Positions 21,601 through 30,943 of a DNA stretch of 64,000 nt are shown here, piece after piece. Each line of letters begins with the position of its first letter. The first letter of the stretch is position 1. A program made the translations under genes and the position numbers. The stretch spans positions 32,001 to 96,000 of IMG/VR virus record IMGVR_UViG_3300006921_004083. One strand, written 5' to 3'. Source of the DNA: a virus. The notes below the pieces were generated by a model. It was not told where the DNA came from, searched no databases, and was given only the letters and a program-made list of their open reading frames with translations.

Positions 21601-24600
21601 ATAAGATACTCTAAACCTACTAGAATTACTAACCCCAATCTAAATAATAGACATAATTATAAAGAATGGGGTTGGAATGCGGATAGACAAACTTTTATTA
21701 TAGAAGATTTTTTATGGATTAAAAATGACTGGACTAATGTAACAATTAATAACTATACAGTAAAAGATGATGCGGGAAACTATCAATACATACCTTATAC
21801 TAGAGCAGCTGATTCAAGCGGATACGAAGAGGCTTTGGACGGACAAGGTAGTGGAGTAGTTAATCCAGAAATGGCAAGTAATTTAGCTTTAGGGTACCTT
21901 TATATTAATAATGTTGGAAAGTATTATGCTAGTAGTGCTCATAAAAATTCCACTTCATTCACTAAAAAAAATAATTTAACAAGATTTTTTGACCAATTTG
22001 CTGGGTACTCAGTTCTTCCCGAATATATCGTTTTACAAATAGGTTCGTGGTTATATAGGGAACAAGAAGTTAATGATCTTATTAGGTGGCCTAACTACTT
22101 TAGTAGTACTGGGGCTAAAAAGAATGGACAGTGGACATTTATGATTCCTAAAAAAACAGAAAGACCACAACCATCAGGAGACATGATATCCGTAGAAAAA
22201 AGTGCTAATGGTGGGGATAAAGTAAAAATATGGACGGCTGAATATAGAAGAGTTTATAGAAACGCATTTAAGTTCGATATCACAAATGATACTAATTGGA
22301 TGAGTGCTTCCGATTTTAACAACGCTTTGTGGTTTATTGGAGGACAATGTTCAGATTGGACAAGTGTTAGTGGACAGAAGGTATTTGATAGTTGTAGTGA
22401 AAGTTATGGTTATGACTATATAGGTGACTCTATATTAAACTTAGCCCCTGAAATTAAAAAACAATTTATAGATTCTTTTATAATGTGGGCAACAGGAAGA
22501 CCTTTAGATACTCAAACCTACAATCTTAGTCCTTCTTTTCCAGAAATTAAAAGAGCACTAACCGCAACTGTTAAAGTTAATGATGATTTATGGAACGAAA
22601 GAGGTTTTTGTTACGATATGGCCAATTATTCAGTTGCGGATTGCCAAGGGTGTCAAAGTCCTTCAACACCACCCACACCAAACCTTAGACCTAATTCACG
22701 ACTTTGGACATCTTATTGTGATAGATCTCCTGTCGGTGTATATAATGGTCCAAGTACCTATCCTGGACAAGGAAATGCTGGATGGGGAGTAGATAATAGT
22801 GGATGGCCAGCACCACAATTAGTTGATATGACCCCACCAGCAGCAGTAGGGATAGTGGATAGAGCGGGGCCGATTAGTTCGGGTGCTAAGTTTTTTGATT
22901 TTAATAATGGTATAAGTACACACACAATTGATGCGGTGGTAAATTATTCCCCTAATCCAGATTATCCTTATATGATTAAAAGACCATTTGGTACAGTAAA
23001 TTTTGCCACACGGGAAACTAATATGTCAGCGACTACCGATAATTATGTTAGGAATTTAGTAAATGATAATACACTAGGGGGAAGAAAATATGGAACTTTT
23101 GTACTTCCTTTACTTTATAATGGGTACGTAAATAACCAAAGAAATTTACCAAACGAAAATTTTAATGGTAAAAAAGCAAAAGATGGAAACTATAATGGTT
23201 CGTTTGGGACATATACAGCGCAGATAGATGTGGCAAAACGGATGGTAGAAAATCCAAGATATGACCATTGGCAAGACACAATGTATCAGTCCTTCGCATC
23301 GGCAGGTTTTAATTATTTCTTTTTAAGAAAGGCGAGTCATACAGATAGAATTGTATCATTTAAGGAAGGATCTACAGGACCTCAAGGTAATGCTGGAACC
23401 TGGGATTGGCCCTGCAATAATGCTGGTAATTCAACAGGATGTCCACCACCATCAGAACAATCCCAATTCGTACAAAATGGTAATTGGTACGATAACGATA
23501 GTTATAACGGTTTTCCCGAAGTAGGACAAGAAGTATACCTAAACATACATTATCGTAATCCAATAAGAAGTCAGTGGTATAGTGGTAAAATGGAAGAAAC
23601 GGATAATTTTGATTATGCTGGTATAAACTATGAACTAGACCATCCTTTTTTAATAGAAAACGGTATAGTAGGAGGGCTGAATCCAGGTAACTACGGTAAA
23701 CCTTCATTTTACGTTCCTAAAACACATTATACCCCTAATTACACTGAAGAAGGTCAAGATGATGGAACGCAGAGACCTGGTAATGAAGTACCACAAACTA
23801 ACGAACTATACCAAATGTTAGAAAATTTCATGAAAAATAGAGTGGCAATTAAAAATGTAACATGGAGACAGTGGGTAGGTGTAGGTAGTAAGGATCCTAA
23901 TAAACAAGTTTATGACGATTTTTCTACTATCTTCACAAGTAAAGATTATCTTACTAGATATTTTGATGCACTTATTGTTAAATTAGTTGACTATGTTAAT
24001 GAAGGGGATGTTGTTGATGATATAAAGGCAGTTGCTAAAGAAGAGGATTTATTGGAAGATAATGATATTAAGTTAGACACATACCTTACTCTAAAGAATA
24101 TTCATGATAAATGGTTAACGGGTTCTGCGTCAGAAGGACTGAGAAAAATGAAATTAAATGCTACTTATGATTTTGACCAAGGTAAAGAATCATGGTTGTA
24201 CTCACAATTTAGTTTTGTTGATAGGGCTTATACTGACATTAAACATAAAATAATAGACCCAACCCCATTACTTAATCTTAAAGAAAATCCTAAAATTAGT
24301 TTATATACATTAATATATGATTTAATTGCTCATAATCAATTTGAATTTTTCCCACTACCCACAACAGTAGACTTCTCTAGTAAAAATTTCGAAAAATCTT
24401 TTATTCCTCATTTAACCGTTGATAAAGAAAGTATTGACCAAAATCCTCGATTTTATGTAATGTACATGGGGGGTTTCTCTGATAGTTTAGATATGGACGA
24501 TAAAGGTTATGAATTTGCCAATGATGGATTTGATATAACTGAAGACCCATGTTTGGATTGTCCAGCAGACTTTTATAAAGGAGAAATAACAACAATTGGA

Positions 24601-26460
24601 AACCAACAGAGCTTACCAAATGCTGTTCTACTAATAGAAGGACAAGCAGAAGATGATGGAGGGTTTAGGATAGGAGGAAGTGGAAACGCAATATCGATAC
24701 CCTCTTATGGAAATTGGGTATGTGTTGGTAATGCAGGGGTAGGAGACTGTAAAATACAAAAACAAGAATTAAAGGCTTTTGCGGTTAATTATGCACAAGA
24801 TAATCAAAACTTCTTTAAGTCCATTGCTCTTGACCAAGCAGAATTTCAAGAAACCCAAGAATCCTTATTAGTAATAGATGCTCTATCTCACGAAGAGGGA
24901 ACAACAAAGGATCCTATGCTTAAGGGACAAAACTTATTGAATGTATACCAAAAGAGAAGTTACTCATGTAAGGTAGATGCTTTTGGAATGATGTCCATTT
25001 TACCATTACAGTATTTCCAATTAAATAACGTTCCAATGTTTCATGGGGCTTATATTATAACTAATGTGGAACATTCAGTAACACAAGGAGACGTTAGTAC
25101 AAGTTTTGAAGGTGTAAGAATATCACAATCAGTTATTCCTTATGTTTCTAGTTTCCTAACGGCAATACAAGATGATAGTGTTGAGGTAAGTGAACCTTAT
25201 GACGAAAAACTAGATACTAGAGACTTAAATGTCTTATCTGGTGATGTAGAACGAGTAGGGGTCTGGTTTGAAAGAAATGTAACCAAGAGTAGATTAAAAG
25301 AAATGAAATCCAAAGGGATAAACAGTGTTTCAATAGAACTCGAATCAAGTTGGGCAGAAACCTCAGGAGGTAGTACTAGGTGGCAAAGTTACGATTGGGA
25401 CTGGCAACCATATAGACAATTTCCAAATGGTAAAAAACATAAATGGACTAAAAGAGCTAGATATTCTTTAGATGGATTAAAGGAGGCGATTAAATTATTA
25501 AGTGAAGAAGATATGTATGTAACCATTATGTTATATTTTAATCCTAATTATAATTACATCGAACCAATGTGCGGGGGAAGTGGAGTTCAACCATATGTAA
25601 AAAAAGATTATGCATCAGAAGGTTTAGATACTCCTTTTACACTTCCAGAATTAGTAAATGAATTAAATAACTATTGTACTAAATGTAAGGTAGACGCTGT
25701 TGAATTTGACCTTGAAGGACATTATAGAAAAACTAGATATTCCAGTGGATGGAAAAGTGGTTCTAAACCTTTAGGTTATAACGACGAAGTCAATAAAAAA
25801 GACTTAGCTAAAGCGGTAATGAAAAAATTACGTGATACTCTACCAGGTGGTACAGAAATAGGTACAACCGTATATGTTGGTAGGAGTGTTAGTACAAATG
25901 AAAATTATTGGAAAGACCCCGCAACTCCTGAATATTCTTGTATAGCAGACTATGTGGCGGTCCAAGCTTACACTCACGCCAAATGTAAACCTAAAAAACC
26001 TTGTAAATCTTGTACACAAGATAGTGATTGTGGAAGTGGAGCTTCATGTGTTGACCAAGGAAATGGTAAAGGTAAAAGATGTTATAATGATGATTATAAT
26101 TGGGGAGGTTATGCCGGACCGGGTAAAAGACAAAAATATAGTGGAAACACAATTAAAAAAATATCAGAGTCCAACTTTAATGGTTCGAGTCCTACAGACG
26201 GTAAACCATATTTAATTATGGGACTTGCAGGATACCATCAAAAATTCGCAGACCACACTATATCCGAGGCTTTAGTAGAGGCTTGGAATGGAGGAATCCA
26301 ACCTATAACGAGTAGTAGTTATGGACCAAAAGAAGTAAGATATTGGTCATATGCTAATGTATTTGGGAATAACGGAGGATATGACTGGAGTACACATTCT
26401 GGTCCAGTGGCGGATTTTATACTAGAACAAACCAGTAAAACAGACGATAACGTTACATAA
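18625..26460 (+). CDS. Giant baseplate hub-like protein (gp27/late control D-like) with C-terminal GH18-like glycoside hydrolase domain
   Basis: N-terminal FGIQDIQIK...FVDIRG...YPLFTLTIKGFYG; hub C-terminal signature GAYIITNVEHSV...TSFEGVR; then DAVEFDLE, DYVAVQAY, LIMGLAGY, YWS. Confidence 0.6.
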   Translation: MGIKIVDPNKVISEYISDYQSGQPFPTNIGEGPVTTPPEDLVTYVDLEVFLPGRSIIVDDVARQQQRKENIGFVVPKNLPKENYGKLGTSWTNIGGLQGFQKNDDGAYTVDGSGSFQKQGSFNETFGIQDIQIKLNSSFEPQVFITFVDIRGASLMEPGLQSPYAAFFHMPYPLFTLTIKGFYGRGISYKLHLMKFNSRFDNDTGNFIIKCEFIGFTFTYLADMPAIYADVGPDLLGFYGTEAGGEHEFATNFESGRDPRKPWPEGSMTLGVYINNIATLAAKMDHFEDDSVSTDYYLLTDSLDRLRNIELRWGGIASDVNCTDAASAGCGYVFSTSMVITAKELYTDTGALVSIDEAKVFRNVNNADNYRQLLLQLRGTDKNNADTTLTNNSIEDANFIGYVNSIYDSIDEVSIGYLGTPPSTALINQGDENYEVYGTVSKCPDCTTEDISEGRYGIGQIDAEEYFKKLRAYITKGEQQEKELKTKMNIQENELKLDTLVMPPTLENVFKLLCNGITAFQKVLVEVGTLAYTQHNNDDNIKALLLNNGGSDIKSLQDANSEMYAFPLYYETRSDSLPSGVTGKIEKVSRVTKQFPGWKVNKTTYGRPEFIVPKKWPEITLVEQLIRFIIKKQRELKQSWDPGSAEFKDGYIPAIVEETPLLPISPYLRLTDVKKQIIPLLMIRTMMRLGHTNNFPVPNQTTDYPGFGSEDATTISILKEALKNDSATKTLSSDNGGYDALEALGQLEAETLLTGVLDTGKKRLKEILSTLTNEASMNTQKGKGKKATETAIKLLKEAGYGIESKTVGEYTFVGFQGAKDPLNDVITYHSVIGLIGQAVENKYEYWLPNIDTKLSSNIFYDTCSDADYAMECKGFYISSVAHYRTEGSSDQQVENLDNKQNEELVTAGDKLIDWYKTCFGEEGGTESEYSKVEKLVIGPQGTLDYDYKLWLGWDFFSYWSRTKYTEKVNTEKQSNNFSSSNHIKPDQFAPHAIRYSKPTRITNPNLNNRHNYKEWGWNADRQTFIIEDFLWIKNDWTNVTINNYTVKDDAGNYQYIPYTRAADSSGYEEALDGQGSGVVNPEMASNLALGYLYINNVGKYYASSAHKNSTSFTKKNNLTRFFDQFAGYSVLPEYIVLQIGSWLYREQEVNDLIRWPNYFSSTGAKKNGQWTFMIPKKTERPQPSGDMISVEKSANGGDKVKIWTAEYRRVYRNAFKFDITNDTNWMSASDFNNALWFIGGQCSDWTSVSGQKVFDSCSESYGYDYIGDSILNLAPEIKKQFIDSFIMWATGRPLDTQTYNLSPSFPEIKRALTATVKVNDDLWNERGFCYDMANYSVADCQGCQSPSTPPTPNLRPNSRLWTSYCDRSPVGVYNGPSTYPGQGNAGWGVDNSGWPAPQLVDMTPPAAVGIVDRAGPISSGAKFFDFNNGISTHTIDAVVNYSPNPDYPYMIKRPFGTVNFATRETNMSATTDNYVRNLVNDNTLGGRKYGTFVLPLLYNGYVNNQRNLPNENFNGKKAKDGNYNGSFGTYTAQIDVAKRMVENPRYDHWQDTMYQSFASAGFNYFFLRKASHTDRIVSFKEGSTGPQGNAGTWDWPCNNAGNSTGCPPPSEQSQFVQNGNWYDNDSYNGFPEVGQEVYLNIHYRNPIRSQWYSGKMEETDNFDYAGINYELDHPFLIENGIVGGLNPGNYGKPSFYVPKTHYTPNYTEEGQDDGTQRPGNEVPQTNELYQMLENFMKNRVAIKNVTWRQWVGVGSKDPNKQVYDDFSTIFTSKDYLTRYFDALIVKLVDYVNEGDVVDDIKAVAKEEDLLEDNDIKLDTYLTLKNIHDKWLTGSASEGLRKMKLNATYDFDQGKESWLYSQFSFVDRAYTDIKHKIIDPTPLLNLKENPKISLYTLIYDLIAHNQFEFFPLPTTVDFSSKNFEKSFIPHLTVDKESIDQNPRFYVMYMGGFSDSLDMDDKGYEFANDGFDITEDPCLDCPADFYKGEITTIGNQQSLPNAVLLIEGQAEDDGGFRIGGSGNAISIPSYGNWVCVGNAGVGDCKIQKQELKAFAVNYAQDNQNFFKSIALDQAEFQETQESLLVIDALSHEEGTTKDPMLKGQNLLNVYQKRSYSCKVDAFGMMSILPLQYFQLNNVPMFHGAYIITNVEHSVTQGDVSTSFEGVRISQSVIPYVSSFLTAIQDDSVEVSEPYDEKLDTRDLNVLSGDVERVGVWFERNVTKSRLKEMKSKGINSVSIELESSWAETSGGSTRWQSYDWDWQPYRQFPNGKKHKWTKRARYSLDGLKEAIKLLSEEDMYVTIMLYFNPNYNYIEPMCGGSGVQPYVKKDYASEGLDTPFTLPELVNELNNYCTKCKVDAVEFDLEGHYRKTRYSSGWKSGSKPLGYNDEVNKKDLAKAVMKKLRDTLPGGTEIGTTVYVGRSVSTNENYWKDPATPEYSCIADYVAVQAYTHAKCKPKKPCKSCTQDSDCGSGASCVDQGNGKGKRCYNDDYNWGGYAGPGKRQKYSGNTIKKISESNFNGSSPTDGKPYLIMGLAGYHQKFADHTISEALVEAWNGGIQPITSSSYGPKEVRYWSYANVFGNNGGYDWSTHSGPVADFILEQTSKTDDNVT

Positions 26461-26885
26461 TGAAAACATCAAACATAAAGAAATCCTCTCTAGTTGGTAC
26501 CTTTGTAGCAAAAGAATACTATGATCGACTCATCAAAAAATTAAACGACAAGTTCAAAGTAGAACCCAAAAGTATATTTACCCATACAATAAGAGAGGAA
26601 AAAGATAGATATTTTATTACTTATAAAATTAGTTTAGATTATGAAGAGAGAAAATCGTTTAGAAAAAGTATAAAAAACACATTTCCTATACATAAAAAAT
26701 CAACATGTTATTTTACAATAAACGGACTTAATAAATTAATTGAAGAGATATATAAATTAGAAAGTGGAAATGTTAATCATAAGGATTATAAGATACAGTG
26801 GGACGAATATGAAGGTAAACTTATAATGTCTAAGGAAAAACAAGCATATATAATAACATTAGATAGAGTTTTCTTAGATAAGTAA
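26460..26885 (+). CDS. Hypothetical protein
   Basis: 141-aa ORF coupled to the hub gene (TAATG overlap); IHKK...FTINGLNKLI. Confidence 0.7.
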   Translation: MKTSNIKKSSLVGTFVAKEYYDRLIKKLNDKFKVEPKSIFTHTIREEKDRYFITYKISLDYEERKSFRKSIKNTFPIHKKSTCYFTINGLNKLIEEIYKLESGNVNHKDYKIQWDEYEGKLIMSKEKQAYIITLDRVFLDK

Positions 26886-26910
26886 TATTTATAGTAAAAG
26901 AATTATTATT

Positions 26911-27114
26911 ATGAAAAATGAAAATAAGACATCTAAAGAGAATTTAACACAAACTTCAGAGGTGATTAATGACTTTTTAACAGACGAAAACGTAGTTAAT
27001 AACTCAGTTAAGTCCAAAGACGGTTTAATTGAGTCAACTAAAGTCATAAATAAAAAAGTTATCGTTGAAGACGGTAGAGAATTATTGAGAGAAGTAACAT
27101 TTAAGCACGAATAA
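26911..27114 (+). CDS. Small hypothetical protein
   Basis: 67 aa; TATTTATA at 26886; DGLIE...VIVEDGRELLRE. Confidence 0.7.
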   Translation: MKNENKTSKENLTQTSEVINDFLTDENVVNNSVKSKDGLIESTKVINKKVIVEDGRELLREVTFKHE

Positions 27115-27116
27115 AA

Positions 27117-27905
27117 ATGGAAAAAAGTCCCTTACTCAGTGAAGAGTTGAAAAGACACCTAGAAATACTTAATTATAGTGATAAAGTATCTAATGGTGTG
27201 ATAGAAGAAAAGTTCAAAGTAACGTTTCAAGAGCAAGAACCTGAAGCGGAACCTGATGATGAGTTGGATATTCCAGATATGGCAGCGGGTGACACACCCC
27301 CACCACCACCTCCAGTAGGGGGAGAAGCAGGAGGGACAATGCCACCACCACCCCCACCAGTTGGCGGAGGAACGGCAGGGGCAACCCCACCACCACCACC
27401 GACTACACCGACTACACCTCCACCACCACCTCCACCAGCACCAGGAGAACAATCACTAGATGAACCAGAAGAGGAAACAGAGGAAGTGGACGTTACCGAT
27501 TTAGTACTAAAGAATGATGAAATAGGAGATACGGTAGAAAAATTTTCAACACAATTAGTAGATATCGAATCTAAGTTTACCGAACTTTCGACTAAACTAG
27601 ATATGATGGATAGAATATTTGATAAGATAGATAGTTTAGAAGATGAAATTCAGAGTATGGCACCACCAACTCCTGTTGAAAAGATGGAATTAAGGTCACT
27701 AGATAGTTTTCCTTACAACCAACGACTAGACAAGTATTTTGATGAAAAAAAGGCACAATATAAAAGATTGAGAGGAATTGATATGGATATGGATAGTGAA
27801 GAAATACCAAAAGAATACACTCTAACAGTAGGTGACACTGAAAATTGGGACGATAACTCTATTGGAAAATCGTTTAATCCTGACTTTGACGACGAGACCA
27901 ACTAA
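27117..27905 (+). CDS. Acidic, proline-rich hypothetical protein (possible head/scaffold-associated)
   Basis: LLSEELKRHLEIL N-terminus, poly-Pro linker, coiled coil, then ELRSLDSFPY. Confidence 0.7.
   Translation: MEKSPLLSEELKRHLEILNYSDKVSNGVIEEKFKVTFQEQEPEAEPDDELDIPDMAAGDTPPPPPPVGGEAGGTMPPPPPPVGGGTAGATPPPPPTTPTTPPPPPPPAPGEQSLDEPEEETEEVDVTDLVLKNDEIGDTVEKFSTQLVDIESKFTELSTKLDMMDRIFDKIDSLEDEIQSMAPPTPVEKMELRSLDSFPYNQRLDKYFDEKKAQYKRLRGIDMDMDSEEIPKEYTLTVGDTENWDDNSIGKSFNPDFDDETN
27298..27442 (+). repeat. CCA-rich coding repeat (four poly-Pro tracts; PPPPPPVGG duplicated)
   Basis: Directly visible in the DNA and translation. Confidence 0.8.
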
Positions 27906-27911
27906 GTATAT

Positions 27912-27940
27912 TTGACACTTACAATAAATAATTATAATAT
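27912..27940 (+). promoter_or_regulatory. Sigma70-like early/middle promoter for the replication block
   Basis: TTGACA (27912-27917) with TAATAT at 17-nt spacing (or TATAAT at 15 nt). Confidence 0.6.
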
Positions 27941-27941
27941 T

Positions 27942-27970
27942 AGACCCAACCCGAATAGAGTTGGGTTTTT
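27942..27970 (+). terminator. Rho-independent terminator ending the upstream structural transcript
   Basis: ACCCAAC-ccgaataga-GTTGGGT followed by a T run. Confidence 0.7.
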
Positions 27971-27985
27971 ATTTATACAAGCATC

Positions 27986-28014
27986 TTTACTTTAATAAAA
28001 TTGTTTTGTATATT
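27986..28014 (+). promoter_or_regulatory. Second sigma70-like promoter upstream of SSB
   Basis: TTTACT-N17-TATATT. Confidence 0.45.
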
Positions 28015-28061
28015 TAATGAGTAAAAAAATATTAATTAACTAGTTAAAAAAAAAATTAAAA

Positions 28062-28883
28062 ATGAGTAACGTATTAGATTCAATTCTTAAACAGTATGAG
28101 TCCAACAAGTCTGGAACAGGGACCGAAAAAAAGAAAACAGACCTTAGAAAGTATTTCGCACCTTTTTTACCAAAAGGAGAAACAAGCGGAGAAAGAACAG
28201 TAAGAATTTTACCTCCTGAAGATGGAGCTTCACCATTTACCGAAGCTTGGTTTCATGAGGTACAAATTGATGGTAAGTGGCAAAAACTTTACGATCCAGG
28301 TAAGAATGACAATGAAAGAAGTCCTATTACCGAAGTAAATGAGGCGTTATTAATGACAGGAGACGCAGAAGATAAAGTATTGGCTAGGCAGTATAGACCA
28401 AGAAAGTTTTATGTAGTGAGAGTTATCGATAGAGATAATGAAGCAGACGGAGTAAAGTTTTGGAGATTCAAACACAACTTCAAAGGAGATGGTATTATGG
28501 ATAAATTAATTCCTTTATTTCAAAAGAAAGGAGATATTACCAACCCAAGAGAAGGAAGAGATATTAACCTTATCCTTAAAGCTGTTAAATTACCAAGTGG
28601 TAATGGTACCTACACAACAGTATCTACAATTATGGCTGAAGACCCTTCTATGTTAACAACAGATGCAGAGAAAGCTAAACTTTGGATGGCGAATAAAGAA
28701 ACATATAAAGATGTGTATGTAAGAAAAGATGTAGAGTTTCTTGAAAAAGTGGCGAAAGGTGAAAATCCTTATGAAAGAAAAGAAGAAAGTAGTTCTCCAG
28801 TACAAAAGACCTCGGTCAGTGATACTACTTTGTCAGAACTTGACAAAGGAAGTGAGATTAACATGGATGATATGCCATTTTAA
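28062..28883 (+). CDS. Single-stranded DNA-binding protein (T4 gp32-like)
   Basis: VRILPP...PF...WFH, FYVVRVIDR...GVKFWRF, GDITNPREGRDI, acidic C-terminal tail DDMPF. Confidence 0.85.
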   Translation: MSNVLDSILKQYESNKSGTGTEKKKTDLRKYFAPFLPKGETSGERTVRILPPEDGASPFTEAWFHEVQIDGKWQKLYDPGKNDNERSPITEVNEALLMTGDAEDKVLARQYRPRKFYVVRVIDRDNEADGVKFWRFKHNFKGDGIMDKLIPLFQKKGDITNPREGRDINLILKAVKLPSGNGTYTTVSTIMAEDPSMLTTDAEKAKLWMANKETYKDVYVRKDVEFLEKVAKGENPYERKEESSSPVQKTSVSDTTLSELDKGSEINMDDMPF

Positions 28884-28894
28884 TAACTATAGAT

Positions 28895-29893
28895 ATGGCG
28901 AAATCAATAAAGAAAAAAACATTCTCATTAGAGGACTTACAAGGAAAGTATAGTACAAAGGCAAAATACAAAGAAGATAGTTTCTTTGATGTTGGTGAAG
29001 CATTTTACAAAGCTTGTGGTATACCAGGACCTGCAGAAGGACATATAAATGTATTTTTAGGACATTCTGACACTGGAAAAACCACAGCTTTAGTAAAAGC
29101 TGCGGTGGATGCCCAAAGAAAAGGTAAATTACCTGTGTTTATAATCACAGAACAAAAATGGGATTTTGAACATGCTAAACTAATGGGTTTTGAATGTGAC
29201 TTAAACGATAATGGTGAATGGAGTGGTACTTTTTTATTTAATGATGGTTTTTCTTATATTGAACAAATCACCGATTACATAAATGAGTTAATAGATGAAC
29301 AACAAAAAGGTAACATTCCTTATGATTTGGTTTTCTTTTGGGATTCTGTTGGTTCAGTACCTTGTAAAATGACTTTTGAAGGTAAAGGTGGAAAAATGCA
29401 TAACGCAAGTACCTTAGCCGATAAGATAGGAATGGGTATTAATCAAAGAATCACGGGATCAAGAAAGGAGAGTTCAAAATTTACGAATACTCTAATAATT
29501 GTTAACCAACCATGGGTTGAATTACCAGATAATCCTTTTAGTCAACCAAGAATTAAGATGAAAGGAGGGGAGGCTATATTCCTTAATTCGACACTCGTAT
29601 TCTTATTTGGTAATCAGAAGAATAGTGGAACATCAAAAATTAACGCCACTAAAAATGGTAGAAAAGTGGCTTTTGCGACACGAACAAAAGTATCGATACT
29701 CAAAAATCATGTTAATGGTATTGGTTTTTCCGATGGAAGGGTAATTGTAACCCCACACAATTTCATAAGTGATGATGCTAATGAAATTAAAAAATACAAA
29801 GAATCACACTCAAGTTATTGGGTTGAACAATTTGAAAAAGCTGGTGAAAAAGTAGAAGACGGCGGCTTTGAACTTATAGAAGAGAATGTTTAA
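28895..29893 (+). CDS. uvsX: RecA/UvsX-like recombinase
   Basis: Walker A GHSDTGKT, Walker B FFWDSVGS, IIVNQ, KGGEA, KNHV. Confidence 0.85.
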   Translation: MAKSIKKKTFSLEDLQGKYSTKAKYKEDSFFDVGEAFYKACGIPGPAEGHINVFLGHSDTGKTTALVKAAVDAQRKGKLPVFIITEQKWDFEHAKLMGFECDLNDNGEWSGTFLFNDGFSYIEQITDYINELIDEQQKGNIPYDLVFFWDSVGSVPCKMTFEGKGGKMHNASTLADKIGMGINQRITGSRKESSKFTNTLIIVNQPWVELPDNPFSQPRIKMKGGEAIFLNSTLVFLFGNQKNSGTSKINATKNGRKVAFATRTKVSILKNHVNGIGFSDGRVIVTPHNFISDDANEIKKYKESHSSYWVEQFEKAGEKVEDGGFELIEENV

Positions 29894-29911
29894 CCCTTTA
29901 ATTACCATGAG

Positions 29912-30943
29912 TTGAGACGAAGAAATAATCAGAAAAAATTTGAAACCCTTATAGTTGACGGAGATGCTCTATTAAAAAGAGCATTCTTCGGGGCTAAGAA
30001 TGTTTTTAACGAAGAAAAAGAACATATTGGAGGATTATTCCAGTTTCTTAATATACTTAGAAAAACCCTTTCCCAGAAACACTATAATAAAGTAGTTGTA
30101 TTTTGGGATGGACAATATGGTAATCTAACTAGAAGAAAGATTTACCCAAACTATAAGATTAATAGAAAAAAATCTAGAAATTACGATTCAGAATCTTTTT
30201 TAAGACAAAAATTAAGGACCCAACAGTACCTAGAAGAGTTATACGTAAGACAATATGTTAATGAGGATACAGAGGCTGATGATCTTATCGCTTATTATTG
30301 TCTTAATAGAAAGAAAAATGAACTTATAACAATTTATACGGCAGATAGGGACATTGTACAGTTAGTAAATGAAGGTGTCTATGTTTATTTACTAGATAAA
30401 AAAGAATTAGTAAAAGAGGATACCGTTTTAACTACTAGAGAGTTAGACTATCTACCTAAAAATGTCTGTTTAGTAAAAATGTTAATAGGTGATTCTTCAG
30501 ACAATATTTTAGGTATAAAAGGACTATCTCCTAAAAGATTAGGTGAATTAATGCCAGATCTTAGGACTCGAAAAGTAGAATTGGATGAGATTAAAGAATT
30601 GGAATATGAGGGGGATAATTGGAGAGTAACGAAAGTATTAAATAATATAAAAACAGGAACCAGTAATGGTGGAGTATTCGGTGACGAACTTTACCAAATA
30701 AATAAAAAAATAATTAACTTAAATGAACCTTTAATAAACGAAGGGGCTAGGAAAAACGTAGAAGATTTAGTAAACTTAAATCTAGATCCAACAGGACGAG
30801 ACTACAAGAACGTAATTAGAATGATGATTGATGATGGGATAGTAAATATAATACCAGCATCATACGAAGACCAATCAGAATTTTTAATTCCTTTTATAAC
30901 ATTAAAAAATAACGAAAAAAAAAATGGAGAGAACAAAGAATAA
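29912..30943 (+). CDS. 5'-3' exonuclease / flap endonuclease (Pol I N-terminal / T4 RNase H-like)
   Basis: LIVDGD, VFWDG, YPNYKINR, EADDLIAY, TADRD, GDSSDNILGIKG (H3TH). Confidence 0.9.
   Translation: MRRRNNQKKFETLIVDGDALLKRAFFGAKNVFNEEKEHIGGLFQFLNILRKTLSQKHYNKVVVFWDGQYGNLTRRKIYPNYKINRKKSRNYDSESFLRQKLRTQQYLEELYVRQYVNEDTEADDLIAYYCLNRKKNELITIYTADRDIVQLVNEGVYVYLLDKKELVKEDTVLTTRELDYLPKNVCLVKMLIGDSSDNILGIKGLSPKRLGELMPDLRTRKVELDEIKELEYEGDNWRVTKVLNNIKTGTSNGGVFGDELYQINKKIINLNEPLINEGARKNVEDLVNLNLDPTGRDYKNVIRMMIDDGIVNIIPASYEDQSEFLIPFITLKNNEKKNGENKE

Noticed and set aside
29907-29915. Mini-ORF ATG-AGT-TGA overlapping the TTG start of the exonuclease
   Set aside because: Easily arises by chance; no supporting evidence of regulation
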